Positions 1 through 10,545 of a stretch of 64,000 bases of DNA are shown one piece after another; positions within the stretch are counted from its first letter, which is position 1, and every line of letters begins with the position of its first letter. The DNA lies in the NCBI GenBank assembly GCA_002269645.1, contig NIVC01000636.1, forward strand, positions 124,001 to 188,000, given 5' to 3'. Both the position numbers and the translations under genes were made by a program. The notes beneath the pieces were generated by a model. The model was given only the letters and a program-made list of their open reading frames with translations, was not told the DNA's origin and did not search any database. This stretch comes from Macrostomum lignano. Its lineage: Eukaryota.

Positions 1-394
1 ATATGAACTGGTCACGGAGTCGGTCCGAGTTATCGGCGAACTCGCAGTCCTCTGCTAGCTGCTTTAGCGTGCGACTGTAGGTCAGGATGTCTTCGCTGCT
101 TTCTTGCTTCGCCTTGTGAAACTCGTATCTGCAGGCGATTACTGATTTCTCGCCTTTCACTTCTTTTTTGATTAGCAGCACCAAATCATCAAATGATTTT
201 GTTTCCACTTTAGCAGGTAGTGTTGCATCTGCAAGAAGGTTGAACATCCTCTTGCCGATTAGAGCCAGGAAGGCGTCTCGTTTATTGTCGTCCTTCCAGC
301 CGTTAAGTTTGGCACTGATCTCGAAGCGCTGGATCGATCTATTTGGGTCCTCGCCGTCTTCCAGTGGTTCGATGGTTGGTAGCCTCGTTGCCAT
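1..394 (-). mobile_element. Ty3/gypsy LTR retrotransposon gag, N-terminal part (open frame runs off the left edge)
   Basis: ATG at 394 (minus) opens MATRLPTIEPLEDGEDPNRSIQRFEISAKLNGWKDDNKRDAFLALIGKRMFNLLADATLPAK...RYEFHKAKQESSEDILTYSRTLKQLAEDCEFADNSDRLRDQFI with no stop before base 1. This is the typical gypsy gag N-terminal pattern. Confidence 0.75.
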
Positions 395-810
395 TGTTAG
401 TCTTCTTATCCAATTGGGTAACTTAGGAAACAAAATGCTGCTTTGGGGATTTGAGATTTCAGCTCTCTCTTAGAGCGTGCAACCAAATTCTTACGAGCGT
501 ATATTATCTGCGGCTCTCTTTAGTCATCGCAGTTTAAAACAACAATTACAGGATTGTGTTTCCATAGACAACATCAATCTATTGATAGCACTGCTAAAAC
601 ATAGAAGGCGTCATATGGCTACAGGAATGAAATAGGACCAAGCATATGAAGAGGTAACCGAGCTATTGCCAAGAAACATATTGCAATATTTGGGCGTTAA
701 AACAAGGATGATGAAAATGTTCACTCAACCATGCCTGCGAATAGCACGAAAAAACCAGAATCCGGCAATATTTAATAGCAATATTAGTTGTGAAATCAGC
801 AGTCAGACAG

Positions 811-1455
811 CAGGATGCGACAAGGATGTTGTCTGCAGCGGGATGCGACAAGGATGTTTCCTGCAGTGGGATGCGACAAGGATGTTGTCTGCAGCGGGAT
901 GCGACAAGGATGTTTCCTGCAGCGGGATTCGACAAGGATGTTTCCTGCAGTGGGATGCGACAAGGATGTTGTCTGCAGCGGGATTCGACAAGGATGTTTC
1001 CTGCAGTGGGATGCGACAAGGATGTTGTCTGCAGCGGGATGCGACAAGGATGTTTCCTGCAGTGGGATGCGACAAGGATGTTTCCTGCAGTGGGATGCGA
1101 CAAGGATGTTGTCTGCAGTGGGATGCGACAAGGATGTTGTCTGCAGCGGGATGCGACAAGGATGTTGTCTGCAGCGGGATTCGACAAGGATGTTTCCTGC
1201 AGTGGGATGCGACAAGGATGTTGTCTGCAGCGGGATGCGACAAGGATGTTGTCTGCAGCGGGATTCGACAAGGATGTTTCCTGCAGTGGGATGCGACAAG
1301 GATGTTGTCTGCAGCGGGATGCGACAAGGATGTTTCCTGCAGTGGGATGCGACAAGGATGTTTCCTGCAGTGGGATGCGACAAGGATGTTTCTTGCAGTG
1401 GGATGCGACAAGGATGTTGTCTGCAGCGGGATGCGACAAGGATGTTATCTGCAGA
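811..1455. repeat. 28-bp minisatellite, about 23 copies, two main interspersed unit variants
   Basis: Units gggatgcgacaaggatgttgtctgcagc and gggatgcgacaaggatgtttcctgcagt. The array explains the six overlapping repetitive ORFs at 663-1680. Confidence 0.97.
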
Positions 1456-2559
1456 GGACCAGCTAGCCTGCATGCAAACACAGTACAGCACGGCACAAAA
1501 CGGCACAAAGAATACAAAACCCCTCAAAAGCAGCGCAACAGCACCAACAGACATCAGACAAACAATACCCTAACCGTTTCCCCTTACCAATCCCCCCTAG
1601 CAGCGGCTCTCGGTGCGTCTCTTCTGAGCGCACAGATTGAAGATGGCAGAAAGAAACTTGCATGGCTGGCTTGCAAATAACTCAAAACGAACCTAGTGGT
1701 CACGGTCAGTATAGCCACCGCTTTAGAGGACTGAGACTGGGAGCCCGCCTCCCCCCCCCCAACTGTCTTCTAGCAGGTCCAGTTTGATGTCAGCAAGTTC
1801 CTCACTTGGCGACTGACCTGGCTGCGAGTGGTCCAAATCGGTACTCCAGACCTGCTGCTTGAACTCGACCTCCTCACTGTCTTGCCACAGCGCTCGTCGA
1901 CTTCTGAGACTGACTGACCGAACTCGAAACCCTCCCTAGAGGGGGGCGTAGCCAAGTGGTCTAGCACGACGCTCTTACCGGTATGTGCTAGCAGCATACG
2001 TTCGCTTTGGGTCTGTTCGTGCAATTAACACCCTTGAAGGCCAACCCTCAAGGCAGAGTGAAGTGTACTTGCCTGACGATAAATAAAGTTAGGGCCGCTG
2101 TACGTGCTGTGTGTGTCTGTGCGAATAACTGCGTACGTATCCGCGCCCTTGTGTGCCTGCTCAGGGGAGCCGGCGGAATGGGTAGTAACGCCTCTCGCCG
2201 GTTGTACGACAATGTCGCTTATAGTGCGCCAGGGTGCACACAGCAAAAAAATAGACGTGACACTATGAGCACTCGGAGGGACATCTTCCGATTCTGGGCA
2301 CCCCTTGCTTCAAACGGGAATTGAACTTTCCTCCTCCGATTCCTCCCAGTCCAGCTCCAGAGAATGCCTTCTGCTGAGCAGACCACAGGGAAAGATCCGT
2401 CGTCAATCGAGGAGGCTGCTGATCCACCGGGCTCTCCCTGTCGATTAGATCGGTGTACACTGGTCTTCTCACACACTTTTTTACCCTGTAGCAATCAACA
2501 CGGAGCCAACAAAGAATGGAGTACAATTTTTTAATAAACTAAATGTAGCTCCTGACCTC

Positions 2560-2703
2560 AGCCTTGACATCTCAGCGATTCCCCCGTGAGCCTTGACATC
2601 TCAGCGATTCCCCCTTTCGTGAGCCTTGACATCTCAGCGATTCCCTCCCGTGAGCCTTGACATCTCAGCGATTCCCCCCCCCCCGTGAGCCATGACATCT
2701 CAG
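2560..2703. repeat. Short tandem array (about 28-34 bp unit, 4-5 copies)
   Basis: Repeats of gagccttgacatctcagcgattcc(c)n with a variable C-run. Confidence 0.9.
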
Positions 2704-4400
2704 CATTTACATCTTTTACGCGATCTTTTAGGGCCCAACCCACACCGCCGTGTCAAGGCCCTTGTGGTCCAGATTCAAGACCCGCACGAGCCCATCTTCC
2801 TTGAATGACGAATGCTGGAGTGCCTCGGTCGTAGTAGAGTTTCTGGTGCTGTTGGGTTGAGTTCAATTTTATCTGTTGCACTGCGAATTAGCTTTTAATT
2901 TGTTAGTTTTATTAACCAATAATAACAACAAGACGCCTCGCCTCGCAAGGACTAAAAACATAAACGCGTGAAAAACATAATTTAAATTGGAGGGAAAACC
3001 AGTTCATAAAAAACAGAAAATGTCTACGAAAAAATGATAACAACCCAAAAGACTTGAGTTAAAAAAGAACAAGTTCATGTTTTTTACATTTAGTTGGATT
3101 AAAACAATAAATAAATAACAAGTTCTTACTTGACTTACAAACCAATGTAGATATCTAGAGGATATCTGCAGGACCACAAAGACGACGCTGTTACAACGTG
3201 ATAAATGAAAGCTGTGCTATTGTTTGACACGATCGCTACCATTGCCCCCCCTACCTGACGATCCACTCAGTCAGAATTAATTTTGTTTGCGACGTGGTTT
3301 TAGCAGTTACAGGTGGCACAGGAATTATTTCGACCCAGTGAAGCCATCAATAAAAACGAACAAACTCCTGTTGCCTTCTTTCCTGGAAATAGACCCGCAT
3401 GGTAAACGTGCACTGCCTGGTCTGGATAGCCAGCAAGGTGGACTGCATCGGTTCCCTAATATTTGCGGCAGTCTATCTTTGCCCGGGCACAAGTGTCAGG
3501 ACCGCATCGGTTCCCTAATATTTGCGGCAATCTATCTTTGCCCGGGCACAAGTGTCAAGACCGCATCGGTTCCCTAATATTTGCGGCAATCTATCTTTGC
3601 CCGGGCACAAGTGTCAGGACCGCATCGGTTCCCTAATATTTGCGGCAATCTATCTTTGCCCGGGCACAAGTGTCAGGACCGCATCGGTTCCCTAATATTT
3701 GCGGCAATCTATCTTTGCCCGGGCACAAGTGTCAAGACCGCATCGGTTCCCTAATATTTGCGGCAATCTATCTTTGCCCGGGCACAAGTGTCAGGACCGC
3801 ATCGGTTCCCTAATATTTGCGGCAATCTATCTTTGCCCGGGCACAAGTGTCAGGACCGCATCGGTTCCCTAATATTTGCGGCAATCTATCTTTGCCCGGG
3901 CACAAGTGTCAGGATCACATCGGTTCCCTAATATTTGCGGAGATTCCCGAGATGCGGAGATGCGGAGCATCCGAAGATTCCCATGGCATGAGTTTTTATT
4001 TACTACTCGGATTGCGGAGTTTCGGCTGGCGTTGGCTGTCCAGTTTCTGTCAGCTTCAGTTCAGCACGAGCTATTCCAAGAAAGCACTTCCAGCTGCTGG
4101 GAAATCTGAGTCTCAGCCTCCCTGTTTTTGGATTTTAAATCATGGTTCATTGCTCTCCGCCTAAGCTAGGCTTCGATCGCGGCCAACCAAGTGCTCATGA
4201 CATGCCTCTTGGCGTGAAACACCACTTCAGCGCTGCAGCTTCAGTGCTCAAGACGAAGGGGCGTTCAAGAAAATAAACTCGGAAGTTCTCGAGCATGATC
4301 ACTACGTTGATCATTTTGCTGACGATCACCTTGTTGGGACAAGACAGCTAGAGAGCTGTCGCAGTGTAGATTGTCGTTCATTCATGAAATGCTACTATAA
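2690..4400 (-). pseudogene. Degenerate Ty3/gypsy pol relic (RNase H, integrase Zn finger/core, integrase C-terminus)
   Basis: Minus-strand translations: LENFRVYFLERPFVLSTEAAALKWCF (~4230-4310, RNase H-like); GYPDQAVHVYHAGLFPGK, GNRSLFVFIDGFT and EIIPVPPVTAKTT...WIVR*GG...IVSNNSTAF (~3200-3440, rve core); QKLYYDRG...FKEDGLVRVLNL...WVGP (~2730-2850, GPY/F-like). Frameshifts and stops throughout. Confidence 0.7.
3445..3941. repeat. 59-bp minisatellite, about 8.4 near-identical copies
   Basis: Unit gcatcggttccctaatatttgcggcaatctatctttgcccgggcacaagtgtcaggacc starts at 3445, 3504, 3563 and onward to 3917. Contains the palindrome tgcccgggca. Confidence 0.97.
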
Positions 4401-4984
4401 GTATAATAGTGGGAACACTCGCAGAGAAACTAAAACAATTAATTATGTTACCATTTACTCGTAATCATGAGCCCATTGCAACTTTTGAACACCACATAAG
4501 GTAACACAGTGTCTCCATTTCTATTTTGTTCACTAAAATTCAATTCAACTGTAAAAGGGTCAAATTCCTAAGAATTGACCTCTTCATCCCATCAAACTCA
4601 ACTGGAAATAACCGGTTCTTGCATAAAAAGAGTATAGAAGATACAAGCACTCTGGGAGCCTCAAAACCTCAAACTCGGAGCGGTCCCAAAAAAGACTTGA
4701 AAAGAAAGGAACACCTGGGTCTTCATCTCTGAGCGAAATCATAACATTCGGTAAGCATTGCCAGTCTGTTATTTGATTACCGAGAGCAGAGTTGTTGGCT
4801 GTTGATTGAGAAACCGAATTACGTTGAATTTTTTAGTTAAAGGCCTCCATATTTCTCATGTATCGGATAGGATCCTTTGGAACGATTCGAATACCCTAAG
4901 ACGTTCATTGATTGATCATTGATTGACGCTGATTGCGATATCCCAGAATAGCAGGCGGTGGCCTTTAGACACCAGACCCAATTC

Positions 4985-5167
4985 TCCTCTCTCTCTGTCT
5001 CTCTCTCTGTCTCTCTCTCTGTCTCTCTCTCTGTCTCTCTCTCTGTCTCTCTCTCTGTCTCTCTCTCTGTCTCTCTCTGTCTCTCTCTCTGTCTCTCTCT
5101 CTGTCTCTCTCTCTGTCTCTCTCTCTGTCTCTCTCTCTGTCTCTCTCTCTGTCTCTCTCTCTGTCTC

Positions 5168-5198
<31 letters not shown>
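4985..5198. repeat. TC-rich microsatellite, (TCTCTCTCTG)n/(TC)n
   Basis: Seen directly in the sequence. Explains the SL/RE repeat ORFs at 4923-5266. Confidence 0.98.
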
Positions 5199-5199
<1 letters not shown>

Positions 5200-5523
5200 C
5201 TCATTCTCAAGTGCACCAAAGGCGAACTCTTCAGCAGCCCAAGATGAAGGACTAAGCAGTTGGTGAAAATTCGTGAAGGGTAAGTGTTGTAGTAGATAAT
5301 AGTTTAATCTTTATTAGCGCCTTAGCGCCTGGCTTCAGCTTTTTTAAAGCATTTAACTACACCTCTTCCGTTCAATATTAAGAAAACTCGCATTCTGTTT
5401 CGGCAGGCGGACATTCATTTCATCATTCTATATTTAGCTACTTCAACCGTCATTTGAATTCGGCAAGAACCCATTCAATTTCAGCAATCAGCATTCAATT
5501 TTGGAAAATTGATATTCTATTTC

Positions 5524-5777
5524 CACAGGTAGGAGGAATTCAAGTTAAATGCAAAAAAATTGCCCATAATCGGTTTTTTGCTCATGGGATAGAATTTTTA
5601 CCCCTGATTCTAAAATGACCTCCCATGAAATCCTAACTGATTGGGTTCGCGAGATATGCTCATAATTAAGTTTTTACCATAGATATGAGGCAGTCCAACA
5701 AGCAAAACTCGCCATTCAAGGATAAGTTTAATGTATTTTTTCCAAAACAGTTCTCACCACTGTGTATTCAATTTGTA
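5524..5777 (+). repeat. Left terminal inverted repeat of the Chapaev-type element
   Basis: Reverse complement of 8488-8741, about 98% identical by eye. Confidence 0.95.
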
Positions 5778-6257
5778 TTGAGTGCATGTATGTTTAATCA
5801 TCCTTTTTGTAGGGTAAAACAAAACAAAAAAAAAAAGGCAACTTTGTTAAGTGTGCGATGTTACAACTGATGCTATGCTGTACATTCTTAGCGTAAAGAA
5901 TTGGCCTCTTCTATATAAATAAGTTTGATTCTCTAAATTAGAGAAGATAACAAGTATTGTACAGTCTTCTAAGTCTATTTACCACCACGATCATGAAATA
6001 TGCAATAAAATCACCTGACGTATAATCGATAAAAATATGTACATTCAACCCGCCACCATTAAACGGCAAAAGGCAAAATTTCGCTTGTGATCACACACAC
6101 GATTTGCACATTATTTTTTATCGATCCCTTTATACCTAAATCATGAGCAGTTGCTCAATTTATGGTGATGTAAATGAGTATTTAGAGCATTTTAGAATAT
6201 TTTGTTTCAATTGATCAACTGTCCAAACAAATTTCTTGTTTTTACTCATCAACTACA

Positions 6258-8273
6258 ATGCCAAAGAAAAGAAACCACGAAGAAAATCTCCAGGCACTGT
6301 GTGCCATGTGTCTTCGAAGAGCGCATCGCCCTTTGACGGAGCATCAGATTGAACTAATTCAATCTACAGTGTACGAAGGCTTCAAGGTAGAAAGACAATA
6401 TCTTCCATCTGGCATATGTGACGGCTGCAGAAGGAAGCTTTCGTCTTTGTCCTGCCCAGATTCGCGACCTATTCCAGTCCTACTGGCGTATGACCAGATA
6501 GTTACCGACCTTCAGTCTCTGCCGCCTTCAACTCGTGGCAACCCTGACTGCAACTGTGAGCTGTGTAGCTTGGCCAGCTCACACAGGAGCAGCAGTGCAG
6601 TGCCAGACACCAAATACTTGGCCACAGGTCCACCAGCAGGCCGAGGTCGTCCTGCTGTGGCAGAGGCTACTGCGATTCAAAAACTCTGCTCGCATTGCAT
6701 GTCACGGATCGGACCCGGCCTGGAGCATCGCTGCAATAAAACAACCAAATTAAAGAATTTGCGAGACAAAATATCTCCTCTTACCAAGCACCAGCTGGCT
6801 AGCTCAGTCATCAAGGAGTGTAATGAGGCTGCAGCAGGTGGTATTGTACTAAGTCAAACTGCTGGTAAACCTCTTCGAGTCAAGGTAGCCTCTAGCTCAG
6901 CCGCTGAACCTATAACAAGTGTTTCTAGGAAAGGACATATAAGCCACGAAACAATTTCGGCTTTGAAAGTCGGCCTTAGTTTAAGCAGCAAGCAGACTCT
7001 AAAGCTGGCCAGCATTCTTAGGTTAGGTGCAGGCCGGCATGTGATCGAGCCTAACCTTCGTGAAGAGCTGCAGAAGAGAGGCCGCTGCCTAACAAGCTTC
7101 TTCGCGTTAGTTCAGCTGCCATTCATACGTTCATCTGGACAGACTCAGGAGGTTTCGGGACCAAGGCCAGCCGTGATCTGCTCCGATCTTCAAGGTTTGC
7201 TAAATCATATTTGCACCGAGCGTGGCATCGAGAACAGCTTTGTCAAGATTGGAATTGATGGCGGAGGAGGCTCTCTGAAAGTTGTGCTGACTGTGACCGG
7301 TGAGTCTGAGCCTGCAGCATCGCCAGTAAAGAAGTTAGCCTGCAGCCGCCAGTTTCTCAACTCTGGTGTTAAAAAATTAATAATCATCGCTATTGCTCCT
7401 GATGTTAGTGAGACTTATCTCAACGTAAAACTACTACTGGACTCTCTGAATCTACAGGCGATTTCGTTTACTGTTGCTTGTGATCTCAAGCTTGCCAACA
7501 TAGTGATTGGCTTGCAGAATCACGCGGCAATGTACCCATGTACATGGTGCGAGGCAAAGGCTCCATTCGCTGCGGATGGTCTGACGCGCACATTTGGCAG
7601 TGTAACAAAGAATGCAGCTGCCTTTTCCGAAGCAGGCAATGATTTGCGATCGGCCAAACTTTTTAAAAGCTGTGTTAACAAACCCCTTTTGTCTGGTGGA
7701 GAAGATGAGCCGATACTCAACAAGCTGCCCCCACCTGAGCTGCATCTTCTCATTGGAGCTGTTAACAAGATCGTCGACTCGCTTGAAGCTGACGGAGGTC
7801 ATGTACTCAGCTGGGCTGCAAGCCATAACATCGGGCGCGCTGACTATCGCGGAGGATCATTCGAGGGCAACCAGTGCCACGCAATCCTGCAACTTGCTGA
7901 TGAACTGACGAGCATCCTGCCTGAGCGGCTGAAGCAGTTTGGTGAAGCCCTTCAATGCTTCCGTGAAGTGGTACACGCTTGCTTTGGGGAGAAGCTACAG
8001 CCTGAATATGAACAGCTGATTCAGCAGTTTCGAGAGTCCTACTGCAAGCTACCTATTAGAGTGACACCAAAAGTTCACTGCGTGTTCGTCCATGTGGTCG
8101 AGTTTTGCAGACTGCATGGCAAAGGCCTGGGCACATTTTCTGAGCAGGCTGGTGAAAGTGCTCACCATGATTTCAGTAAAGTATGGCAAAACTTTAAGCG
8201 CCGGAGTGGTGACCCAGCGATGGGACAACAGCTTCTACAGGCCACGGTACAATATAATAGCTGTCATTTGTAA
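6258..8273 (+). CDS. Chapaev-type DDE transposase, 671 aa, intronless
   Basis: N-terminal H-x7-CxxC...P-x2-I-CxxC...CxCxxC zinc-binding (Chapa-like) region; KIGIDGGGGSLK (D334); VACDLKLANIVIGLQ...YPCTWC (D409); PPPELHLLIG; GSFEGNQ; TPKVHCVFVH; FSEQAGESAHHDF (E629/E633). These parallel the Chapaev3 and RAG1/Transib core motifs. Confidence 0.88.
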   Translation: MPKKRNHEENLQALCAMCLRRAHRPLTEHQIELIQSTVYEGFKVERQYLPSGICDGCRRKLSSLSCPDSRPIPVLLAYDQIVTDLQSLPPSTRGNPDCNCELCSLASSHRSSSAVPDTKYLATGPPAGRGRPAVAEATAIQKLCSHCMSRIGPGLEHRCNKTTKLKNLRDKISPLTKHQLASSVIKECNEAAAGGIVLSQTAGKPLRVKVASSSAAEPITSVSRKGHISHETISALKVGLSLSSKQTLKLASILRLGAGRHVIEPNLREELQKRGRCLTSFFALVQLPFIRSSGQTQEVSGPRPAVICSDLQGLLNHICTERGIENSFVKIGIDGGGGSLKVVLTVTGESEPAASPVKKLACSRQFLNSGVKKLIIIAIAPDVSETYLNVKLLLDSLNLQAISFTVACDLKLANIVIGLQNHAAMYPCTWCEAKAPFAADGLTRTFGSVTKNAAAFSEAGNDLRSAKLFKSCVNKPLLSGGEDEPILNKLPPPELHLLIGAVNKIVDSLEADGGHVLSWAASHNIGRADYRGGSFEGNQCHAILQLADELTSILPERLKQFGEALQCFREVVHACFGEKLQPEYEQLIQQFRESYCKLPIRVTPKVHCVFVHVVEFCRLHGKGLGTFSEQAGESAHHDFSKVWQNFKRRSGDPAMGQQLLQATVQYNSCHL

Positions 8274-8487
8274 TTGCTTGTAAAACTAAAAATGCTCAAT
8301 GACAATCTATTTGAATTTACAGCTCAATATCTATTGCATTACAGTTTTCTGTTTTGGTTTAGACTTAGAAAGATTAGCCATTATCTTAAAAATTCTATAG
8401 GTAAATAATGATAATAATTATTAATTTGCTGATTCACTGTTTAAATTAAAATATATATTTTGAAATAGTGCCTGAACTATTGCACAC

Positions 8488-8741
8488 TACAAATTGAATT
8501 CACAGTGGTGAGAACTGTTTTGGACAAAATACATTCAACTTATCCTTGAATGGCGAGTTTTGCTTGTTGGACTGCCTCATATCTATGGTAAAAACTTAAT
8601 TATGAGCATATCTCGCGAACCCAATCAGTTAGGATTTCATGGGAGGTCATTTTAGAATCAGGGGTACAAATTCTATCCCATGAACAAAAAACCGATTATG
8701 GGCAATTTTTTTGCATTTAACTTGAATTCCTCCTACCTGTG
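8488..8741 (-). repeat. Right terminal inverted repeat of the Chapaev-type element
   Basis: Reverse complement of 5524-5777. Confidence 0.95.
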
Positions 8742-8870
8742 TTTCATACTATAGTAAGGGCGTTCATTCTTTTCTGTCTATGGATCAAGTCTATGCATAA
8801 ATAGTTGTTGGGGCGGTTTCGATGCCGAACGGGATGACTTTTTACCTCGAGGTGCCTTTTGGGCATTAAA

Positions 8871-8882
8871 AACAACAACGAA

Positions 8883-8917
<35 letters not shown>

Positions 8918-8960
8918 AAGCAACTACAACAACAACAACAACAACAACAACAGCAACAGC
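8871..8960. repeat. (AAC)n microsatellite tract 1
   Basis: Imperfect aacaacaac run seen directly. Confidence 0.95.
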
Positions 8961-9377
8961 ACCCAGGATCCTGCACCTACTACACCGATGGCTCGGCCAC
9001 CGGAGGGGTCGAAAACGGCGGAGCCGCTTGGATCCTCCTCGACCATGATGGCACCAGCCGTCGCCGGCCGAGGTCTATGGTAAAACGATCTCCTTCCATC
9101 AGGGACCTCGTCGCAAACAAATCCTCGTGGCGCAGGTCAGAGCAGGCCACTGCCCTGACTCCAACTATTATCGTAACCGCACCGGCATCACCGAAGGCGG
9201 CCCCTGCCGACTTTGCCTGGATGTTCCGGACCAATTTCACCTCTGGACCTGCCCTAAGCTCGAAGCTAATCGGCGCAACATCGGCGTCACTAGTCTGAGT
9301 GACTTTGCACGTGGTGACTTGGTGGCGCAGCTCCTGGGAGCCGTCGACTGGCGGCCCCTGTGAGTTGCTCACCGCAG
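8961..9377 (+). mobile_element. Internally deleted 3' end of an RNase H-containing (I/Nimb/Ingi-like) non-LTR retrotransposon
   Basis: YYTDGSATGGVENGGAAW (RNase H start, 8978-9031) joined to VAQVRAGHCPDSNYYRNRTG...PCRLCLDVPDQFHLWTCP (C-terminal zinc knuckle). Stop at 9361-9363, short 3' UTR, then an (AAC)n tail. Confidence 0.75.
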
Positions 9378-9445
9378 ACAACAACAACAACAACAACAGC
9401 AAAAACAACAACAACAAAAACAAAAGCATCAACAACAGCAACAGC
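9378..9445. repeat. (AAC)n microsatellite tract 2 / LINE tail
   Basis: Seen directly in the sequence. Confidence 0.9.
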
Positions 9446-9680
9446 AGGAGTGGCCACCCTTTTAATCTGGCGGAGTTCAGGAAGCGCATTGGTAGGCAAG
9501 AGGAGGGATGGTGCCGAGACGTTGGAGCATGTCATGGAGTGCCCCGCCACGCGCAGCCTTCAGGAGAAGCTGGACCTGCATGAGATGCGAGATTTTTGCA
9601 GGAGACCTGAGAACGTGTTTAATTTCTGGAGGATGATCCGCTTGAATGGAAGTCACCAGTAGCTTCTCGGAATTGCTAGG
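9446..9680 (+). mobile_element. 3' end of a second, different non-LTR retrotransposon
   Basis: RSGHPFNLAEFRKRIGRQEEGWC, then with a frame break ETLEHVMECPATRSLQEKL...FWRMIRL. Same RxGH/zinc-knuckle class as the first fragment but a different sequence. Followed by an ACA/AAC tail. Confidence 0.65.
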
Positions 9681-9810
9681 CACACACACAACACACACAA
9701 CACACACAACAGCAGCTGCAGCAACAACAACAGCAACAAAAACAACAACAACAACAACAACAACAACACACGAAGCAGCAGCAGCAGCAAAAACAACAAC
9801 AACGACAAAA
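9681..9810. repeat. (CA)n/(AAC)n/(GCA)n compound microsatellite tract 3
   Basis: Seen directly in the sequence. Confidence 0.9.
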
Positions 9811-9859
9811 TACACAGTCAGGGTCTTTATTTTATAAGTCACTGGCCACACAATGTATG

Positions 9860-10545
9860 CGCAATGCTGTATGCGCTATGCGCAATGGCACCTCGTCCGG
9901 ACCCAGCGCTTGCCCGACCAGTGACTGCTGGACGCCTCACAACGTCGGCTCTTCTGACTGGTACAACGCTAAAACTCTCCTCTTCCGGGAAAGGCGTCTC
10001 CGCCGGTAGCGTCGGATTGTCTGACAGTGGGAATGGCGGCGAGGCGAGGAGAAACTCACGCAGCTCCTGCGCTCGTCTGCAGAGTCGCCTGCCATGCAGG
10101 TTTAGTGGAAGACGCCTCTTTCACTCCTTTAGAGCGTTGATAGCCGACCAGGCCACGCGACCTCTGGCATCGGGTTCAGCGGCAGAGATGGTCCGAATGA
10201 CGTAGTCAACAACAGCCTGCTGGCGCTGCAGATAAACAGCTGCCATGGGTTCCTGTCCCCCGTGGGTTGGTCGCCTGGTCAAACGGAGCCCCTCAAGCTC
10301 TTCCTTCGCTTGCCGAAATGCGGGGTCGTTCTCGGGGCAGCTCACACGTCCACGTACTCGAGCACCTTCACGGTTACCGCAGAGCGCAGTGGTGAAAGCG
10401 CTGGCAAAACGACTGTGAATGTCGGCTTCTCTAAGCGTGAGGTAGCTCGTAGTACGAGCGTAGAGTCGCAAAGACAAAAATTGCAGACGAGGAGTCGATG
10501 ATGGGACTGCAGAGCCAACGGCGTGATGGTGTAGTGTGAGCATCT
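9860..10545 (-). pseudogene. Degenerate non-LTR retrotransposon ORF2 fragment (end of AP endonuclease to RT domain 0)
   Basis: SHHRLLVCNF (SDH-like endonuclease end), RGRVAWSAINALKE linker and KALGPDEVP (KAPGPDG-like) across shifting frames. Confidence 0.55.

Larger units (their letters stand above)
5524..8741 (+). mobile_element. Full-length Chapaev-type (CMC/Transib-RAG1-related DDE clan) DNA transposon
   Basis: Termini CACAGGTAGG...CCTACCTGTG; 254-bp TIRs at 5524-5777 and 8488-8741 with about 5 mismatches; 4-bp TSD TTTC at 5520-5523 and 8742-8745; single uninterrupted 671-aa transposase ORF inside. Confidence 0.9.

Noticed and set aside
663-1680. Long Cys-rich ORFs (200-296 aa) on both strands
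   Set aside because: They are translations of the 28-bp minisatellite, open in many frames with no unique domain.
1938-2000. tRNA-like start ggggcgtagccaagtggtctag
   Set aside because: Only an A-box/D-arm-like half; no anticodon arm, T-arm or matching acceptor stem found.
480-2480. Possible LTR shared between the pol relic and the gag at 1-394
   Set aside because: A TG start after a weak purine tract near 2475 is suggestive, but I found no second LTR copy, clear PBS or TSD.
3445-3941. CRISPR-like appearance (regular repeats with a palindrome)
   Set aside because: Units are contiguous with no unique spacers, there are no cas genes, and the context is eukaryotic. The same applies to the other arrays.
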